Below are positions 10,091 to 20,822 of a DNA stretch of 64,000 nucleotides, piece by piece. The notes below the pieces were generated by a model. That model had not been told where the DNA came from, ran no database searches, and saw nothing but the letters and a program-made list of their open reading frames with translations. The stretch is from assembly GCA_001464915.1 (NCBI GenBank), contig LNED01000043.1:42469-106468 (forward strand), in the 5' to 3' direction. Every line of letters begins with the position of its first letter. The first letter of the stretch is position 1. The DNA comes from Sphingomonadales bacterium Ga0077531. Its GTDB lineage: Bacteria; Pseudomonadota; Alphaproteobacteria; Sphingomonadales; Sphingomonadaceae. Made by a program: the position numbers and the translations under genes.

Positions 10091-10875
10091 TGTCCCAAGA
10101 CGTGATCCTGCTTGAAATCGCCGATGGCATCGCCGTCGTCACCCTCAACCGCCCGCAGGCGATGAATGCTCTCAACCGGGCAATGCGCGCGCGGCTGGCC
10201 GAGGTGATGCGCGCGGTCGATGGCGACGAGGCGGTGCGCGCGGTGATCCTGACCGGCGCGGGGGAGCGGGCGTTTACCGCCGGGCTCGATCTCAAGGAAT
10301 TGGGCAGCGAAGCGGGCGCATTGGGCAGCGCCAATGCCACCGATCCGGCGGACAATCCGGTCAAAGCGATCGAATTGTGCCGCAAGCCGGTGATCGGCGC
10401 GATCAATGGGGTGGCGATCACCGGCGGGTTCGAAGTCGCGCTCGCCTGCGACGTGCTGATCGCCAGCACCAATGCGCGCTTTGCCGATACCCACGCGCGG
10501 GTCGGGATCGTGCCGGGGTGGGGGCTGTCGCAGAAACTCAGCCGCATGATCGGGATCAGCCGCGCCAAGGAGTTGGCGTTCACCGGCAACTTCCTCGATG
10601 CCGCCACCGCGCATAGCTGGGGCCTGGTCAACCACGTGGTCGCGCCCGACGACCTGCTCCCGCTGGCGCGCAAACTCGCAGCCGACATGGCCGGGATCGA
10701 TCCGGCGTTTCTGGCGAACTACAAACGCCTGATCGACGATGGCTTCGGCCTCAGCTTCACCGATGGCATGGCATTGGAAGCCGCCCGCTCCAGCGCCGCG
10801 AACAGCGCGGTCGCCCCGGAGGAGGTCGAGGCCCGCCGCGCCGCTGTGCAGCTACGGGGTAGAGGGCAGTGGTAG
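10090..10875 (+). CDS. enoyl-CoA hydratase/isomerase family protein
   Basis: Crotonase fold sequence (VVTLNRPQAMNAL, FTAGLDLKE). ATG at 10090 overlaps the ung stop (TAATG); the track ORF begins at a TTG at 10078. Confidence 0.88.
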   Translation: MSQDVILLEIADGIAVVTLNRPQAMNALNRAMRARLAEVMRAVDGDEAVRAVILTGAGERAFTAGLDLKELGSEAGALGSANATDPADNPVKAIELCRKPVIGAINGVAITGGFEVALACDVLIASTNARFADTHARVGIVPGWGLSQKLSRMIGISRAKELAFTGNFLDAATAHSWGLVNHVVAPDDLLPLARKLAADMAGIDPAFLANYKRLIDDGFGLSFTDGMALEAARSSAANSAVAPEEVEARRAAVQLRGRGQW

Positions 10876-10936
10876 CGAGCCTACGCAATACCCATTGCCA
10901 AACGCCGCTCTGCCGCTAGCCTGCACCGGTAACGCA

Positions 10937-12457
10937 ATGGGGAGAATATTGATGGCGCGGCGGTTGATCGGTTTGAGTGTGGCGATGCTGCTTGCTGGAG
11001 CAGCCTTCCCGTCAGCGGCGGAAACGCCCAAGCGCGCCGAAGTCGCGGCGACGGTCGAACAGCAGCACGACGCCACCATCAAAGCCCTGCAAGACTGGGT
11101 CGCCCTGCCCACCATCGCCGCGGAAAAGCGCAACACGCCCGCCGGCGCCGAATACATGATGCAGCTCGCCCGCGACGCCGGGTTTCAGCAGGCCAAGATC
11201 ATCCCCACCGACGGCGTGCCTGCGGTGTTCGCCACATTGGATGCGGGCGCGCCGACCACGCTTGGCATCTATTTCATGTATGATGTGAAGCAGTATGATC
11301 CCGCCGAATGGAGCTCGCCCCCGCTCGAAGGCAAGCTGGTCGATCGGCCGGGCGAAGGCACCGCGATTGTCGGGCGCGGGGTGGTCAACCAGAAAGGCCC
11401 GCAGATGGCCTTCCTCGCCGCGCTGAAAGCGATTCAGGCGAGTGGGCGCAAACTGCCCGTCAACCTCGTGCTGGTGGCCGAGGGGGAGGAGGAAGTCGCC
11501 TCAACCCATTTCGATCAGGTCGTCGCCGTGCCCGAAGTGCAGGCGGCGCTGGCCAAGACCATCGGCGTGTTCATCCCCTCTGCCGCGCAAAGCAAGGATG
11601 GCAGCGCCAACATCACGCTGGGCGCGAAAGGCGCGGTCGAATTTCAGCTGATCGTCAGCGGGGAAGCGACCGACAAATATCCCAAGACCGACATCCACTC
11701 ATCCAACTACGCCCGGATCGAAAGCCCGGTGTGGCGGCTGGTCAAGGCGCTCGACACGCTGGTGGCCGATGATGGCTACACCCCGGCGATCGACGGCTGG
11801 TTCGAAAACGTCAAACCGCTGACCGAGCGGCAAAAACAGCTGATCGCCGAGGGCGCCAAACTCAATCCCGAAGCGGGCGAGAAAACCGCGCTCGGCGTCG
11901 GGCGCTGGATCAATGACGAGGATTACGTCACCAGCCTCGAACGGTTCTATTCGCAGCCGACCGTCAATATTCAGGGGATCGTGGCAGGCTATGACGGCCC
12001 GGGCGGCAAGACCGTGCTGCCGAGCCGCGCTGAGGCCAAGTTGGAATTCCGGCTGGTCCCGGCGATGACCAAGGCCGAGGTGGTGTCAAAGCTGAAAGCC
12101 CACCTCACCAAACGTGGATTCGATGATGTCGAGGTGGTGATCTCCGGCGGCTATGGCCCGAACGAGACCGAGGAAGACGCCCTGCTGATCCGAGCGCAAA
12201 AGCGGTTGTTTGAAGAAACCGGCGTCCCCTATTCGATCCGACCGCGCAATGCCGGCAGCTGGCCGGGGGTGGTGTTCAATGGCGCGCCGCTGAACCTGCC
12301 CGCCTCGCAATTCGGCCTGGGCCGCGGCGGCGGCGCACATGCGCCCAACGAATGGTTCCTGATCGATAGCACCGACCCCAAGGTCTACGGCCTCGATCAG
12401 GTGACGATGGCCTATGTCGATTACCTCTACGTGATCGCGCAGGAGGCAGCGCGCTGA
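10937..12457 (+). CDS. M20/M25/M40 family metallopeptidase, secreted
   Basis: Internal ATG at 10937 gives the signal peptide MGRILMARRLIGLSVAMLLAGAAFPSAAE. Overall M20 dipeptidase-like sequence. The upstream part of the track ORF overlaps the preceding gene. Confidence 0.75.
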   Translation: MGRILMARRLIGLSVAMLLAGAAFPSAAETPKRAEVAATVEQQHDATIKALQDWVALPTIAAEKRNTPAGAEYMMQLARDAGFQQAKIIPTDGVPAVFATLDAGAPTTLGIYFMYDVKQYDPAEWSSPPLEGKLVDRPGEGTAIVGRGVVNQKGPQMAFLAALKAIQASGRKLPVNLVLVAEGEEEVASTHFDQVVAVPEVQAALAKTIGVFIPSAAQSKDGSANITLGAKGAVEFQLIVSGEATDKYPKTDIHSSNYARIESPVWRLVKALDTLVADDGYTPAIDGWFENVKPLTERQKQLIAEGAKLNPEAGEKTALGVGRWINDEDYVTSLERFYSQPTVNIQGIVAGYDGPGGKTVLPSRAEAKLEFRLVPAMTKAEVVSKLKAHLTKRGFDDVEVVISGGYGPNETEEDALLIRAQKRLFEETGVPYSIRPRNAGSWPGVVFNGAPLNLPASQFGLGRGGGAHAPNEWFLIDSTDPKVYGLDQVTMAYVDYLYVIAQEAAR

Positions 12458-12518
12458 CCTTTTCTTCATCAAATCATGCGATTGCGGGGGTGATCAGGTG
12501 ATTTGATGGAGATTCGAT

Positions 12519-13250
12519 GTGGCGCGCATCCTTCAGGCAGCATGGCTGGCGCTGGCAGCGCTGATGCTCCCCGGCTGTGCCGTCGCTGAGGATGTAGAGG
12601 ACAGGGCGCCCGACTACCGTTACCGCCTGACGGTCGAGGTCGAGACTCCCGAGGGGCTGCGCACCGGGTCGAGCGTGATTCAAGTCGAACAGTCGATTGG
12701 CCGCACCACGATGGATGGGTTTGGCGAGCAGGTTTTTCTTCGTATCCGCGGCGAAGCGGTGGCAGTCGATCTGCCGGATGGACGCACGCTTTACGCGCTG
12801 CTGCGCTCCGGCGGCGATGTCGAGTGGGCCGCGCGGGTGATCCCCTTCCTGTCGCCCGCCGCAGAGGACGAAAATCCTCTAGATGATTTGCTGCTTCTTG
12901 AGGGCAAGAAGGAGCTTCCCCGCAAATGGTCCGCGCAGGGGCCATTCAACAACGTTTCGGCCTACCCGATGATGGTGACCTTCGGCGATCTCACCGATCC
13001 GACCAGCGTGACCGAGGTCGATCCCGATGATCTGGCGGCGAGCTTTGGCGCGGGCGTGAAGCTCAAGCGCATCACCGTGGAGCTGACCAATGATCCAGTG
13101 ACGACCGGGATTGCGGAGCGGTTGGGGTGGCTCGAGGAGGTAGGTCGTGCCCGAGGATCATTGATACCTAATCCTCCGAAATATCTCTCTGAAGCTAAAC
13201 CGATTGACCTCGTCTCTCCGAATGATTTCAGCACGGAGTTGTTCAAATGA
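12519..13250 (+). CDS. hypothetical lipoprotein
   Basis: GTG start, lipobox LMLPGCA, 243 aa, no family recognised. The last ~35 codons are visibly AT-richer than the rest. Confidence 0.6.
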   Translation: MARILQAAWLALAALMLPGCAVAEDVEDRAPDYRYRLTVEVETPEGLRTGSSVIQVEQSIGRTTMDGFGEQVFLRIRGEAVAVDLPDGRTLYALLRSGGDVEWAARVIPFLSPAAEDENPLDDLLLLEGKKELPRKWSAQGPFNNVSAYPMMVTFGDLTDPTSVTEVDPDDLAASFGAGVKLKRITVELTNDPVTTGIAERLGWLEEVGRARGSLIPNPPKYLSEAKPIDLVSPNDFSTELFK

Positions 13251-13290
13251 ACGCTGACACTTTTTAAATCGTTGCTGGCCCATAATCCTT

Positions 13291-13401
13291 CCCACTTCCG
13301 TTCGCCCTGAGCTTGTCGAAGGGTTGCACATGTCTTCTGGTCTGGTGCTGAAGCCGCGAAGGAAGACAGTCCTTCGACAAGCTCAGGGCGAACGGGGTGG
13401 G
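13291..13401. repeat. REP/MITE-like inverted-repeat element
   Basis: Perfect 25-bp arms CCGTTCGCCCTGAGCTTGTCGAAGG (13298-13322) and their complement (13371-13395). Inner 7-bp complement at 13331-13337/13362-13368. Outer CCCAC/GTGGG flanks. Confidence 0.7.
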
Positions 13402-13463
13402 GCAGGAATGGAGCTTGGCTGACCTTCTCCGAGCCTCAAGCGAATAGAAGCCAAACCCCGGAT

Positions 13464-13481
13464 CCCCGGCCTGCGCCGGGG
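13464..13481 (-). terminator. GC hairpin downstream of gltD; weak terminator candidate
   Basis: CCCCGGC-CTGC-GCCGGGG, 32 nt after the gltD stop. Only a weak U-tract follows on the minus strand. Confidence 0.25.
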
Positions 13482-13512
13482 CAGGCAAGTCCAGGGTGAC
13501 GACGTGGGTGAG

Positions 13513-14949
13513 TTAGCGCGGTAGTTCGCTCACCCCCATCAGCGCCTCGTCGACCGCGCGCGCGGCCTGGCGCCCTTCGCGGATCGCCCATACGACGAGG
13601 CTCTGCCCGCGCCGCATATCCCCGCAGGCGAACACGCCGGGCTCGCTGGTGGCGTAGCGTTCGGTGTCGGCATCGACATTGCCGCGCGCCGACAGCGTCA
13701 CGCCCGCCTGTTCGAGCAAGCCGGCCTTGGTCGGCCCGACAAAGCCCATCGCCAGCAGGATCAGATCGGCCGGGATCACGAATTCGCTCCCCGTCATTTC
13801 CTGCATCTGGCCGCCTGCCCACTCGACGCGCACGCATTCGAGGCCGGTCACCGCTTCGCCATCGCCGATCACGCGCTTGGCCAGCACCGCCCAGTCGCGC
13901 TCCACGCCCTCCTGATGGCTTGACGAAGTGCGCAGTTTCATCGGCCAATCGGGCCAGGTCAGCGCCTTGTCTTCCTTCTCCGGCGGCTTGGGCATGATTT
14001 CGAGCTGGGTGACGCTTTTCGCGCCCTGCCGGTTCGATGTGCCGACGCAATCGCTGCCGGTATCGCCGCCGCCGAGCACCACCACATGCTTGCCCGTGGC
14101 GAGCAGGCTGCCGCGCGGGGCGGCGCGCAACTCATCATCGCCTGCGACGCGCTTGTTCTGCTGGGTCAGGAATTCCATCGCCATCCGCACGCCAGGCATT
14201 TCCGCGCCGGGGATCGCCAGCGGGCGCGCATCTTCCGCCCCGCCCGACAGCACCACTGCATCGAAGTTTTCGCGCAGCGACTGGAATGAGACATCGACGC
14301 CTACTTCCTTTGACGTTTTGAACGTCACCCCTTCGGCTTCCATCTGCTGGCAGCGCCGGTTGATGAGGTGCTTTTCCATCTTGAAATCGGGAATGCCGTA
14401 CCGCAGCAGACCGCCGACCCGGTCGTTCTTTTCGAACACCGTGACGCTGTGCCCGGCGCGCGCCAATTGCTGCGCGCAGGCCATGCCCGCCGGGCCGGAA
14501 CCGACCACCGCGACCGATTTGCCGGTCTTTTTGGCGGGCACCTGCGGGACGATCCAGCCTTCTTTCCATCCGCGATCGACAATGGCGCATTCGATCGATT
14601 TGATCGTCACCGGCTGGTCGATGATGTTGAGCGTGCAGGCCGCTTCGCACGGGGCGGGGCAGATGCGGCCGGTAAACTCGGGGAAGTTGTTGGTGGAATG
14701 GAGCATCACCAGCGCGCGCTTCCAGTCCGCCTCGTAAACGAGGTGGTTCCAGTCCGGGATCAGGTTGTTCACCGGGCAGCCGTTGTGACAATAGGGGATG
14801 CCGCAATTCATGCAGCGCGAAGCCTGCCCCGCCAGCGTGCCTTCATCCGGCTGGATGACGAATTCGCGGTAGTTCTTCAGCCGTTCCTGCGGATCGAGAT
14901 AGTCCCGCTCACGGCGGTCCAGCTCGAGAAATCCGGTTTCCTTGCCCAT
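13513..14949 (-). CDS. gltD: glutamate synthase small subunit
   Basis: 478 aa. Fe-S Cys cluster [10 protein letters not shown] and dinucleotide-binding [17 protein letters not shown]. Confidence 0.95.
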   Translation of the reverse strand: MGKETGFLELDRRERDYLDPQERLKNYREFVIQPDEGTLAGQASRCMNCGIPYCHNGCPVNNLIPDWNHLVYEADWKRALVMLHSTNNFPEFTGRICPAPCEAACTLNIIDQPVTIKSIECAIVDRGWKEGWIVPQVPAKKTGKSVAVVGSGPAGMACAQQLARAGHSVTVFEKNDRVGGLLRYGIPDFKMEKHLINRRCQQMEAEGVTFKTSKEVGVDVSFQSLRENFDAVVLSGGAEDARPLAIPGAEMPGVRMAMEFLTQQNKRVAGDDELRAAPRGSLLATGKHVVVLGGGDTGSDCVGTSNRQGAKSVTQLEIMPKPPEKEDKALTWPDWPMKLRTSSSHQEGVERDWAVLAKRVIGDGEAVTGLECVRVEWAGGQMQEMTGSEFVIPADLILLAMGFVGPTKAGLLEQAGVTLSARGNVDADTERYATSEPGVFACGDMRRGQSLVVWAIREGRQAARAVDEALMGVSELPR

Positions 14950-14972
14950 GTCTCAGTCTCGTTCCTGATGTT

Positions 14973-17900
14973 CTATTCGGCCGCGACGCTGGCGGCTTCG
15001 TGGCGTTCCGCTTCGAGCCGTTTCAGCGCCGCCGCATAATCGCGCGGCATCACTTTGACGAAGCGGGTCAGCGCGGCGTCCCAATCGGCCAGCAATGCGC
15101 CCGCCAGCGTGCTGCCGGTGTGGAGTTGATGGCGCTCAACCAGAATGCGCAGCCGCTCGGCATCGTGGTGCAGCATGTCGCCCATGCCGAAATCGTGCAC
15201 ATTGCGCGGACGCTGTGCCGGGCGGCCTGTTCCTTCCTCGGCATCCGGGCCAGCGGCGATCGGCAGCAGATCGACTTGCGCGTGGTTCACCAGCGTGTTG
15301 AAAGCGCCCTCGGGGTCGTAGACATAGGCGATCCCGCCGCTCATCCCCGCGGCAAAGTTGCGCCCGGTTTGGCCGAGCACCACCACCACGCCGCCGGTCA
15401 TGTATTCGCAGCCGTGATCGCCGGTGCCTTCGACCACGGCAATCGCACCCGAATTGCGCACCGCGAAACGTTCGCCCGCGACGCCGTTGAAATACGCCTC
15501 ACCCGCAATTGCGCCATACAATACGGTGTTGCCGACGATGATATTGTCCTGCGCGGCGCGCGGGGCTTGCGAAGGCTGGCGCACGATGATGCGCCCGCCG
15601 GACAAGCCCTTGCCGACATAGTCATTGGCATCGCCAACCAGATCGAGCGTCACGCCGTGGGCCAGCCACGCGCCAAAGCTCTGTCCGGCCACACCCGTCA
15701 GGTTGATGCGTACAGTGTCGGTCGGCAGGCCTTCGTGCCCATGCGCCTTGGCAATCTCGCCCGAGAGCATCGCGCCGACCGTGCGGTGGACATTGCGGAC
15801 ATCGCGGGTGATCTGCACCGGAGCCTTGGTATCAATCGCAGCGCGGCAATCGGCGATGAGGCCGTTGTCCATCGCCCCTTCGAGCCCGTGGTCCTGCACG
15901 CCGATCTGGCGCAGCGATGCGCCCTCTTTCAGCTCAACCTGATGCAGGATGCGGCTGAGGTCGATCCCGTGGGTCTTCCAGTGGCGTTCCATCCGGCGGG
16001 TGTCGAGCCGGTCGACCCGGCCAACCATTTCGGCGACCGTGCGGAAGCCCAGCTCGGCCATGATCGCGCGCAGTTCTTCAGCGACGAAGAACATGTAGTT
16101 GACGACATGTTCGGGCTGGCCGGTGAAGCGCGCGCGCAGCACCGGGTCCTGCGTCGCCAAGCCGACGGGGCAGGTATTGAGGTGGCACTTGCGCATCATG
16201 ATGCACCCGGCGGCGATCAGCGGCGCGGTGGCAAAGCCAAATTCGTCAGCGCCGAGCAGCGCGCCAATCGCCACGTCCCGCCCGGTGCGCAGGCCGCCAT
16301 CGACCTGCACCGCAATCCGTTCGCGCAGATCGTTGAGCAACAGCGTCTGCTGCGTTTCAGCGAGGCCGATTTCCCACGGGCTACCCGCGTGGGTCAGCGA
16401 GGTGAGCGGCGAAGCGCCCGTCCCGCCATCATAGCCCGCAATCGTCACGTGATCGGCGCGCGCCTTAGACACGCCCGCCGCGACCGTGCCGACGCCGACT
16501 TCGGACACCAGCTTGACCGAAATCCGCGCGACCGGGTTCACGTTCTTGAGATCGTGGATCAGCTGCGCGAGATCTTCGATCGAATAGATGTCGTGGTGCG
16601 GCGGGGGCGAGATCAGGCCGACGCCGGGGGTCGAATGCCGCACGGCGCCGATGCGCTTGTCGACCTTGTGGCCGGGCAGCTGGCCGCCTTCGCCGGGCTT
16701 GGCACCCTGCGCCATCTTGATCTGGATATCGTCCGAATTGACGAGGTATTCGGTGGTCACGCCAAACCGGCCCGAAGCGACCTGCTTGATCCGGCTGCGC
16801 ATCGAATCGCCGTTGGGCAGCGGGGTGAAACGGAACGGTTCTTCCCCGCCTTCGCCCGTGTTCGAGCGCCCGCCGATGCGGTTCATCGCAATCGCCATGG
16901 TCGAATGCGCTTCGTGGCTGATTGATCCAAGGCTCATCGCCCCGGTCGAGAACCGCTTCACGATTTCGGCTGCCGGTTCGACCTCATCAAGTGGGATCGG
17001 CTGATCCGCATTCTTGAATTCGAGCAAGCCGCGGATCGTCAGCAGCCGTTCGGACTGTTCGTTGATGCTGGCGGCAAATTCGGCGTAGTTCTTGGGATCA
17101 TTGCCGCGCACCGCGTGCTGCAATTGGGCGACATTCTCCGGTGTCCAGGCGTGTTCTTCGCCCCGCAGACGGTATTGGTAGATCCCGCCGACATCCAGCA
17201 TCCCGTCATAGAGCGGGTTATCGCCGTATGCCTGCGCGTGGCGGCGCAAGGCTTCCTCGGCCACTTCGGCAAGGCCGATGCCTTCGATGGTGGTGGCGGT
17301 ACCGGTGAAGAATTTCTCCACGAAGGCGGTCGACAGGCCCACGGCGTCGAAAATCTGCGCGCCGCAGTATGATTGGTAGGTCGAAATGCCCATCTTGGAC
17401 ATGACCTTGCGGATGCCCTTGCCGATCGCCTTGATGAAGTTCTGCTGCACCTTGGCGGCGGGCAGATCAGTGTGCCGCTTGGCGCGCAACGCCTCCAGCG
17501 TTTCGAACGCGAGATAGGGGTTGATCGCTTCCGCACCGTAGCCCGCCAGCACACAGAAATGATGCACTTCGCGTGCTTCGCCGGTTTCCACGACGAGCCC
17601 CGTCTGCATCCGCAGGCCTTGGCGCACGAGGTGATGGTGCACCGCCGCCGTCGCCAGCAGCGCAGGCATCGGCACACGGCTTTCGGATTGCGTCCGGTCG
17701 CTGAGGACAAGGATCGTGTGATCCTGCAACACCGCTTCGGTCGCAGCCCAGCACATTTCTTTCAGCGCCAGCGCAAGGCCATCGGCTCCGCTCGCCGCGT
17801 CCCACGTCATGTCGATCGTGGCGCAGCGGAATGCGCCGTCCAGCGCCTCTTCGACCGAGCGGATCTTGGCCAGATCCTCGTTGGTGAGGATCGGTTGATC

Positions 17901-19613
17901 GACCTCCAGCCGCTTGTGCGTGCCGGCATCGCGGCCCAGCAGGTTCGGGCGCGGGCCGATCATGCTGGTCAGGCTCATCACCAATTCTTCGCGGATCGGA
18001 TCGATTGGCGGGTTGGTGACCTGCGCAAAGTTCTGCTTGAAATAATCATACAACAACCGCGACCGGTTCGACAGCACGGCCAGCGGTGTGTCGGTGCCCA
18101 TCGATCCAATCGGATCATCGCCGTCGACCGCCATCGGTTCAAGGAAGCGGCTGATGTCTTCCTGCGTGTAGCCGAACGCCTGCTGACGCTCGATCAGGGT
18201 CGATTCTTCGGGCGGAATCGCGGCGAGCTCGGGGATGACATCGGTGATGTCTTCGAGCTTGTACTGTGCCTGCTGGAGCCACTGGGCATAGGGCTCGGCA
18301 TTGGCGAGGTCGGCTTTCAGCTCGTCATCTTCGATGATGCGGCCTTGGTCGAGGTCGATCAGCAGCATCTTGCCGGGCTGAAGGCGCCATTTGCGCACGA
18401 TGTCTTCCTCGGCAAACGGCAGCACGCCGCTTTCCGATGCGAGGCAGACGATATCATCCTTCGTCACGCAGAAGCGCGCAGGCCGGAGCCCGTTGCGATC
18501 AAGCGTCGCGCCGATCTGGCGGCCATCGGTAAAGCACACCGCTGCCGGGCCGTCCCACGGCTCCATCAGCGCGGCGTGATATTCGTAGAACGCGCGGCGC
18601 GCCGGCGTCATCAACGCGTTGCCACTCCACGCTTCGGGGATCAGCATCATCATCGCATGCGCAAGCGAATATCCGCCCGCGATCAGCAGTTCGAGCGCGT
18701 TGTCGAGGCAGGCCGTGTCCGATTGCCCGTGCGGGATGATCGGCCACATCTTGTCGAGATCGGGGCCGAGCAGTTCGCTTTCCATCGTGCGGCGGCGCGC
18801 GTTCATCCAGTTGACGTTGCCGCGCACGGTGTTGATTTCGCCATTATGGGCGATGAACCGGAACGGGTGCGCCAGCCGCCAGCTGGGGAAGGTGTTGGTG
18901 GAAAAGCGCTGGTGGACGAGGCCGAGCGCCGAAACACAGGCCGGATCGCGCAAATCGTCGTAAAAACTGCCCACTTGCGTCGCCAACAGCAGGCCCTTGT
19001 ACACCACCGTGCGGGTCGAGAAGCTGGGGATGTAGGTTTCAGTGACGCCCGGCAAGCCGTGCTTTTCAGCCAGCTGCGCGAGCGGGTTTTGCACCTGCTT
19101 GCGGATGGTCAGCAGCTTGCGTTCGAACGCGTCCTGATCGGCGCAGTTTTCCCCGCGCGCGATCACCGCCATCCGGATCACCGGCATCGATGCGATCACC
19201 GCCTTGCCCAGCCCGTCCATCGTGGTCGGCACTTCGCGCCAGCCGATGAAACGCTGGCCTTCCTTGGCGGTGAAGGTTTCCATCCGCGCCTTGACGAAAG
19301 CGCGCGCGGCATCGTCCTGCGGCATGAAGCACATGCCGATGCCGTAGTCGCCCGGCGCAGGCAGATCGTGGCCGTTCGCTTCGGCCCAGCGCCGGATCAG
19401 CGCATCAGGAATCTGGATCAGAATCCCCGCGCCATCCCCCAGCAGCGGATCGGAACCGACCGCGCCGCGATGATCGAGCTTTTCGAGAATCTCCAACGCC
19501 TGCGCGATGATCGCTTGGCTTTTTTCGCCCTTGATATGCGCAACCATGCCGACGCCGCAGGCGTCATGTTCGTTGGCGGGGTCGTAAAGACCCTGGGAGG
19601 AGGGGTATCCCAT
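14973..19613 (-). CDS. gltB: glutamate synthase large subunit
   Basis: 1546 aa. N-terminal amidotransferase Cys ([15 protein letters not shown]), then FMN and GXGXG domains. Confidence 0.97.
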   Translation of the reverse strand: MGYPSSQGLYDPANEHDACGVGMVAHIKGEKSQAIIAQALEILEKLDHRGAVGSDPLLGDGAGILIQIPDALIRRWAEANGHDLPAPGDYGIGMCFMPQDDAARAFVKARMETFTAKEGQRFIGWREVPTTMDGLGKAVIASMPVIRMAVIARGENCADQDAFERKLLTIRKQVQNPLAQLAEKHGLPGVTETYIPSFSTRTVVYKGLLLATQVGSFYDDLRDPACVSALGLVHQRFSTNTFPSWRLAHPFRFIAHNGEINTVRGNVNWMNARRRTMESELLGPDLDKMWPIIPHGQSDTACLDNALELLIAGGYSLAHAMMMLIPEAWSGNALMTPARRAFYEYHAALMEPWDGPAAVCFTDGRQIGATLDRNGLRPARFCVTKDDIVCLASESGVLPFAEEDIVRKWRLQPGKMLLIDLDQGRIIEDDELKADLANAEPYAQWLQQAQYKLEDITDVIPELAAIPPEESTLIERQQAFGYTQEDISRFLEPMAVDGDDPIGSMGTDTPLAVLSNRSRLLYDYFKQNFAQVTNPPIDPIREELVMSLTSMIGPRPNLLGRDAGTHKRLEVDQPILTNEDLAKIRSVEEALDGAFRCATIDMTWDAASGADGLALALKEMCWAATEAVLQDHTILVLSDRTQSESRVPMPALLATAAVHHHLVRQGLRMQTGLVVETGEAREVHHFCVLAGYGAEAINPYLAFETLEALRAKRHTDLPAAKVQQNFIKAIGKGIRKVMSKMGISTYQSYCGAQIFDAVGLSTAFVEKFFTGTATTIEGIGLAEVAEEALRRHAQAYGDNPLYDGMLDVGGIYQYRLRGEEHAWTPENVAQLQHAVRGNDPKNYAEFAASINEQSERLLTIRGLLEFKNADQPIPLDEVEPAAEIVKRFSTGAMSLGSISHEAHSTMAIAMNRIGGRSNTGEGGEEPFRFTPLPNGDSMRSRIKQVASGRFGVTTEYLVNSDDIQIKMAQGAKPGEGGQLPGHKVDKRIGAVRHSTPGVGLISPPPHHDIYSIEDLAQLIHDLKNVNPVARISVKLVSEVGVGTVAAGVSKARADHVTIAGYDGGTGASPLTSLTHAGSPWEIGLAETQQTLLLNDLRERIAVQVDGGLRTGRDVAIGALLGADEFGFATAPLIAAGCIMMRKCHLNTCPVGLATQDPVLRARFTGQPEHVVNYMFFVAEELRAIMAELGFRTVAEMVGRVDRLDTRRMERHWKTHGIDLSRILHQVELKEGASLRQIGVQDHGLEGAMDNGLIADCRAAIDTKAPVQITRDVRNVHRTVGAMLSGEIAKAHGHEGLPTDTVRINLTGVAGQSFGAWLAHGVTLDLVGDANDYVGKGLSGGRIIVRQPSQAPRAAQDNIIVGNTVLYGAIAGEAYFNGVAGERFAVRNSGAIAVVEGTGDHGCEYMTGGVVVVLGQTGRNFAAGMSGGIAYVYDPEGAFNTLVNHAQVDLLPIAAGPDAEEGTGRPAQRPRNVHDFGMGDMLHHDAERLRILVERHQLHTGSTLAGALLADWDAALTRFVKVMPRDYAAALKRLEAERHEAASVAAE

Positions 19614-19810
19614 GGCGTAAGTCCGATCTGTCAGATGCCGACAGGCGCGCGGGCGCCCTTACGGGCTGAACGGGCGAATGCCGACGATTATTCCGGACAA
19701 GCGATGCCGCAGGCGGCCTGCCTTACCCGGGATTCGGGCCCCTCATGCCGACAGGAAGCGGGTTTGGCAATGGGTTTGCGCGAAGCATTATTTCTCGCAG
19801 ACCTATTCAG

Positions 19811-19840
19811 ACTATAGTTAGATTGCGCGGCCTGCATCAA
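19811..19840 (-). promoter_or_regulatory. candidate sigma70-type promoter for gltBD
   Basis: On the minus strand: TTGATG, 18 nt, TATAGT, within the only AT-rich patch of the gltB upstream region. Would give a leader of about 190 nt. Confidence 0.3.
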
Positions 19841-19870
19841 ATCGCCGCGACGCTTGCAGCTTATGCGTGA

Positions 19871-20815
19871 TCAGGCGGCCCCGCGCACACTCTGCAACCG
19901 GGTCAGCGCCTCGCGCAGCGGCTCGGCTTCGGACGGCGCGGCGGCGTCCCCGCTCAATACGGCGAGCGCGCGCAGTGCCTGCGCAAGCGCAGCCTCTCGC
20001 GCAGCCAGATCGCGCGGCGTTTGGGCATGGCCCGCAGCAGCTTCGCGGTGTTCGTGCAGGGCCCCGGCAAAGCGTTCGACCATTTGCACCATGCTGAGTT
20101 CTTGCGGCGGCATGGCGCGCAATTGTGCGAGCGCGGCGGCGCTGGAATCAACCACCGGCGCGGGCTTGATGACGTCAGGCACGGCCGTCAGCGTCACAGG
20201 CTGCGGTGCCGGTTGGGCGGCCGTTTCCACGGACTCAACCGGGGCCTCTTCCACCCACACCGCATTGCGGCCCGGCAACGTGGCAAATTCGGCCAGATCA
20301 AGCGCGCGCGGCGGCGGCATCGAGCCGGCAGGAGCAGAAGTTGCGGCAGGCTCGACTGGCGCGGATTGTTCGGGTGTTACTTTTGCGACCGGAGGCGCAG
20401 CAAACGGCATCGTTTCCACCGGATCGTCGAGCCGGAGGCTGCCCAATTCGCGTGCCGGATCAATCGTGCGCACCCGGCGTGCGGCAAGCGACACGATCGA
20501 TGGCGTATGTTCCCGGCGACGCGCCTTGCGGTGCATCTGATCGGCGATCACAAACAGCCCGCCCCCCACCAGCGGCGCGGCGAACCCGGCCAGCGCCAAT
20601 TGCGCAAAATCGCCCAGCAGGACGAAGCCAGTTCCCTTGCTGGCCTGCAGCATGAACGGGCCGGGTAGAACCAAGATCGAAAGGCCGGCGAGCGCCGCGC
20701 CCCAGAAGCCGAGCAAGGGCGCGAACACCGGATGCGCCGCCAGCGTTGCCCGCTGCTGCGCCGGCTTGCTGCGACGGTTGCGCTGCTTGGCCCGATCCTG
20801 TTGCCCCTTGGTCAT
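19871..20815 (-). CDS. hypothetical Pro/Ala-rich membrane protein
   Basis: ATG at 20815 (MTKGQQ...), 8 nt after the stop of the upstream glycosyltransferase. Basic N-terminus, two hydrophobic segments, then low-complexity P/A-rich and helical C-terminal parts. Confidence 0.55.
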   Translation of the reverse strand: MTKGQQDRAKQRNRRSKPAQQRATLAAHPVFAPLLGFWGAALAGLSILVLPGPFMLQASKGTGFVLLGDFAQLALAGFAAPLVGGGLFVIADQMHRKARRREHTPSIVSLAARRVRTIDPARELGSLRLDDPVETMPFAAPPVAKVTPEQSAPVEPAATSAPAGSMPPPRALDLAEFATLPGRNAVWVEEAPVESVETAAQPAPQPVTLTAVPDVIKPAPVVDSSAAALAQLRAMPPQELSMVQMVERFAGALHEHREAAAGHAQTPRDLAAREAALAQALRALAVLSGDAAAPSEAEPLREALTRLQSVRGAA

Positions 20816-20822
20816 TCGCTTG

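Noticed and set aside
8269-10635. Long ORFs 8269..9381 (+), 9128..9982 (-) and 9676..10635 (-)
   Set aside because: They overlap lptC, the exonuclease, ung and enoyl-CoA hydratase on the opposite strand. They have no motifs and typical GC-rich shadow composition.
13264-13488. 74-aa ORF containing FALSLSKD and FDKLRANG
   Set aside because: It is the translation of the palindromic repeat element, not a gene.
15000-19817. 641-aa and 814-aa plus-strand ORFs (15000..16925, 17373..19817) opposite gltB
   Set aside because: These are shadow ORFs of the 1546-aa gltB. They have arginine-rich composition and no recognisable domains. gltB itself has unambiguous motifs.
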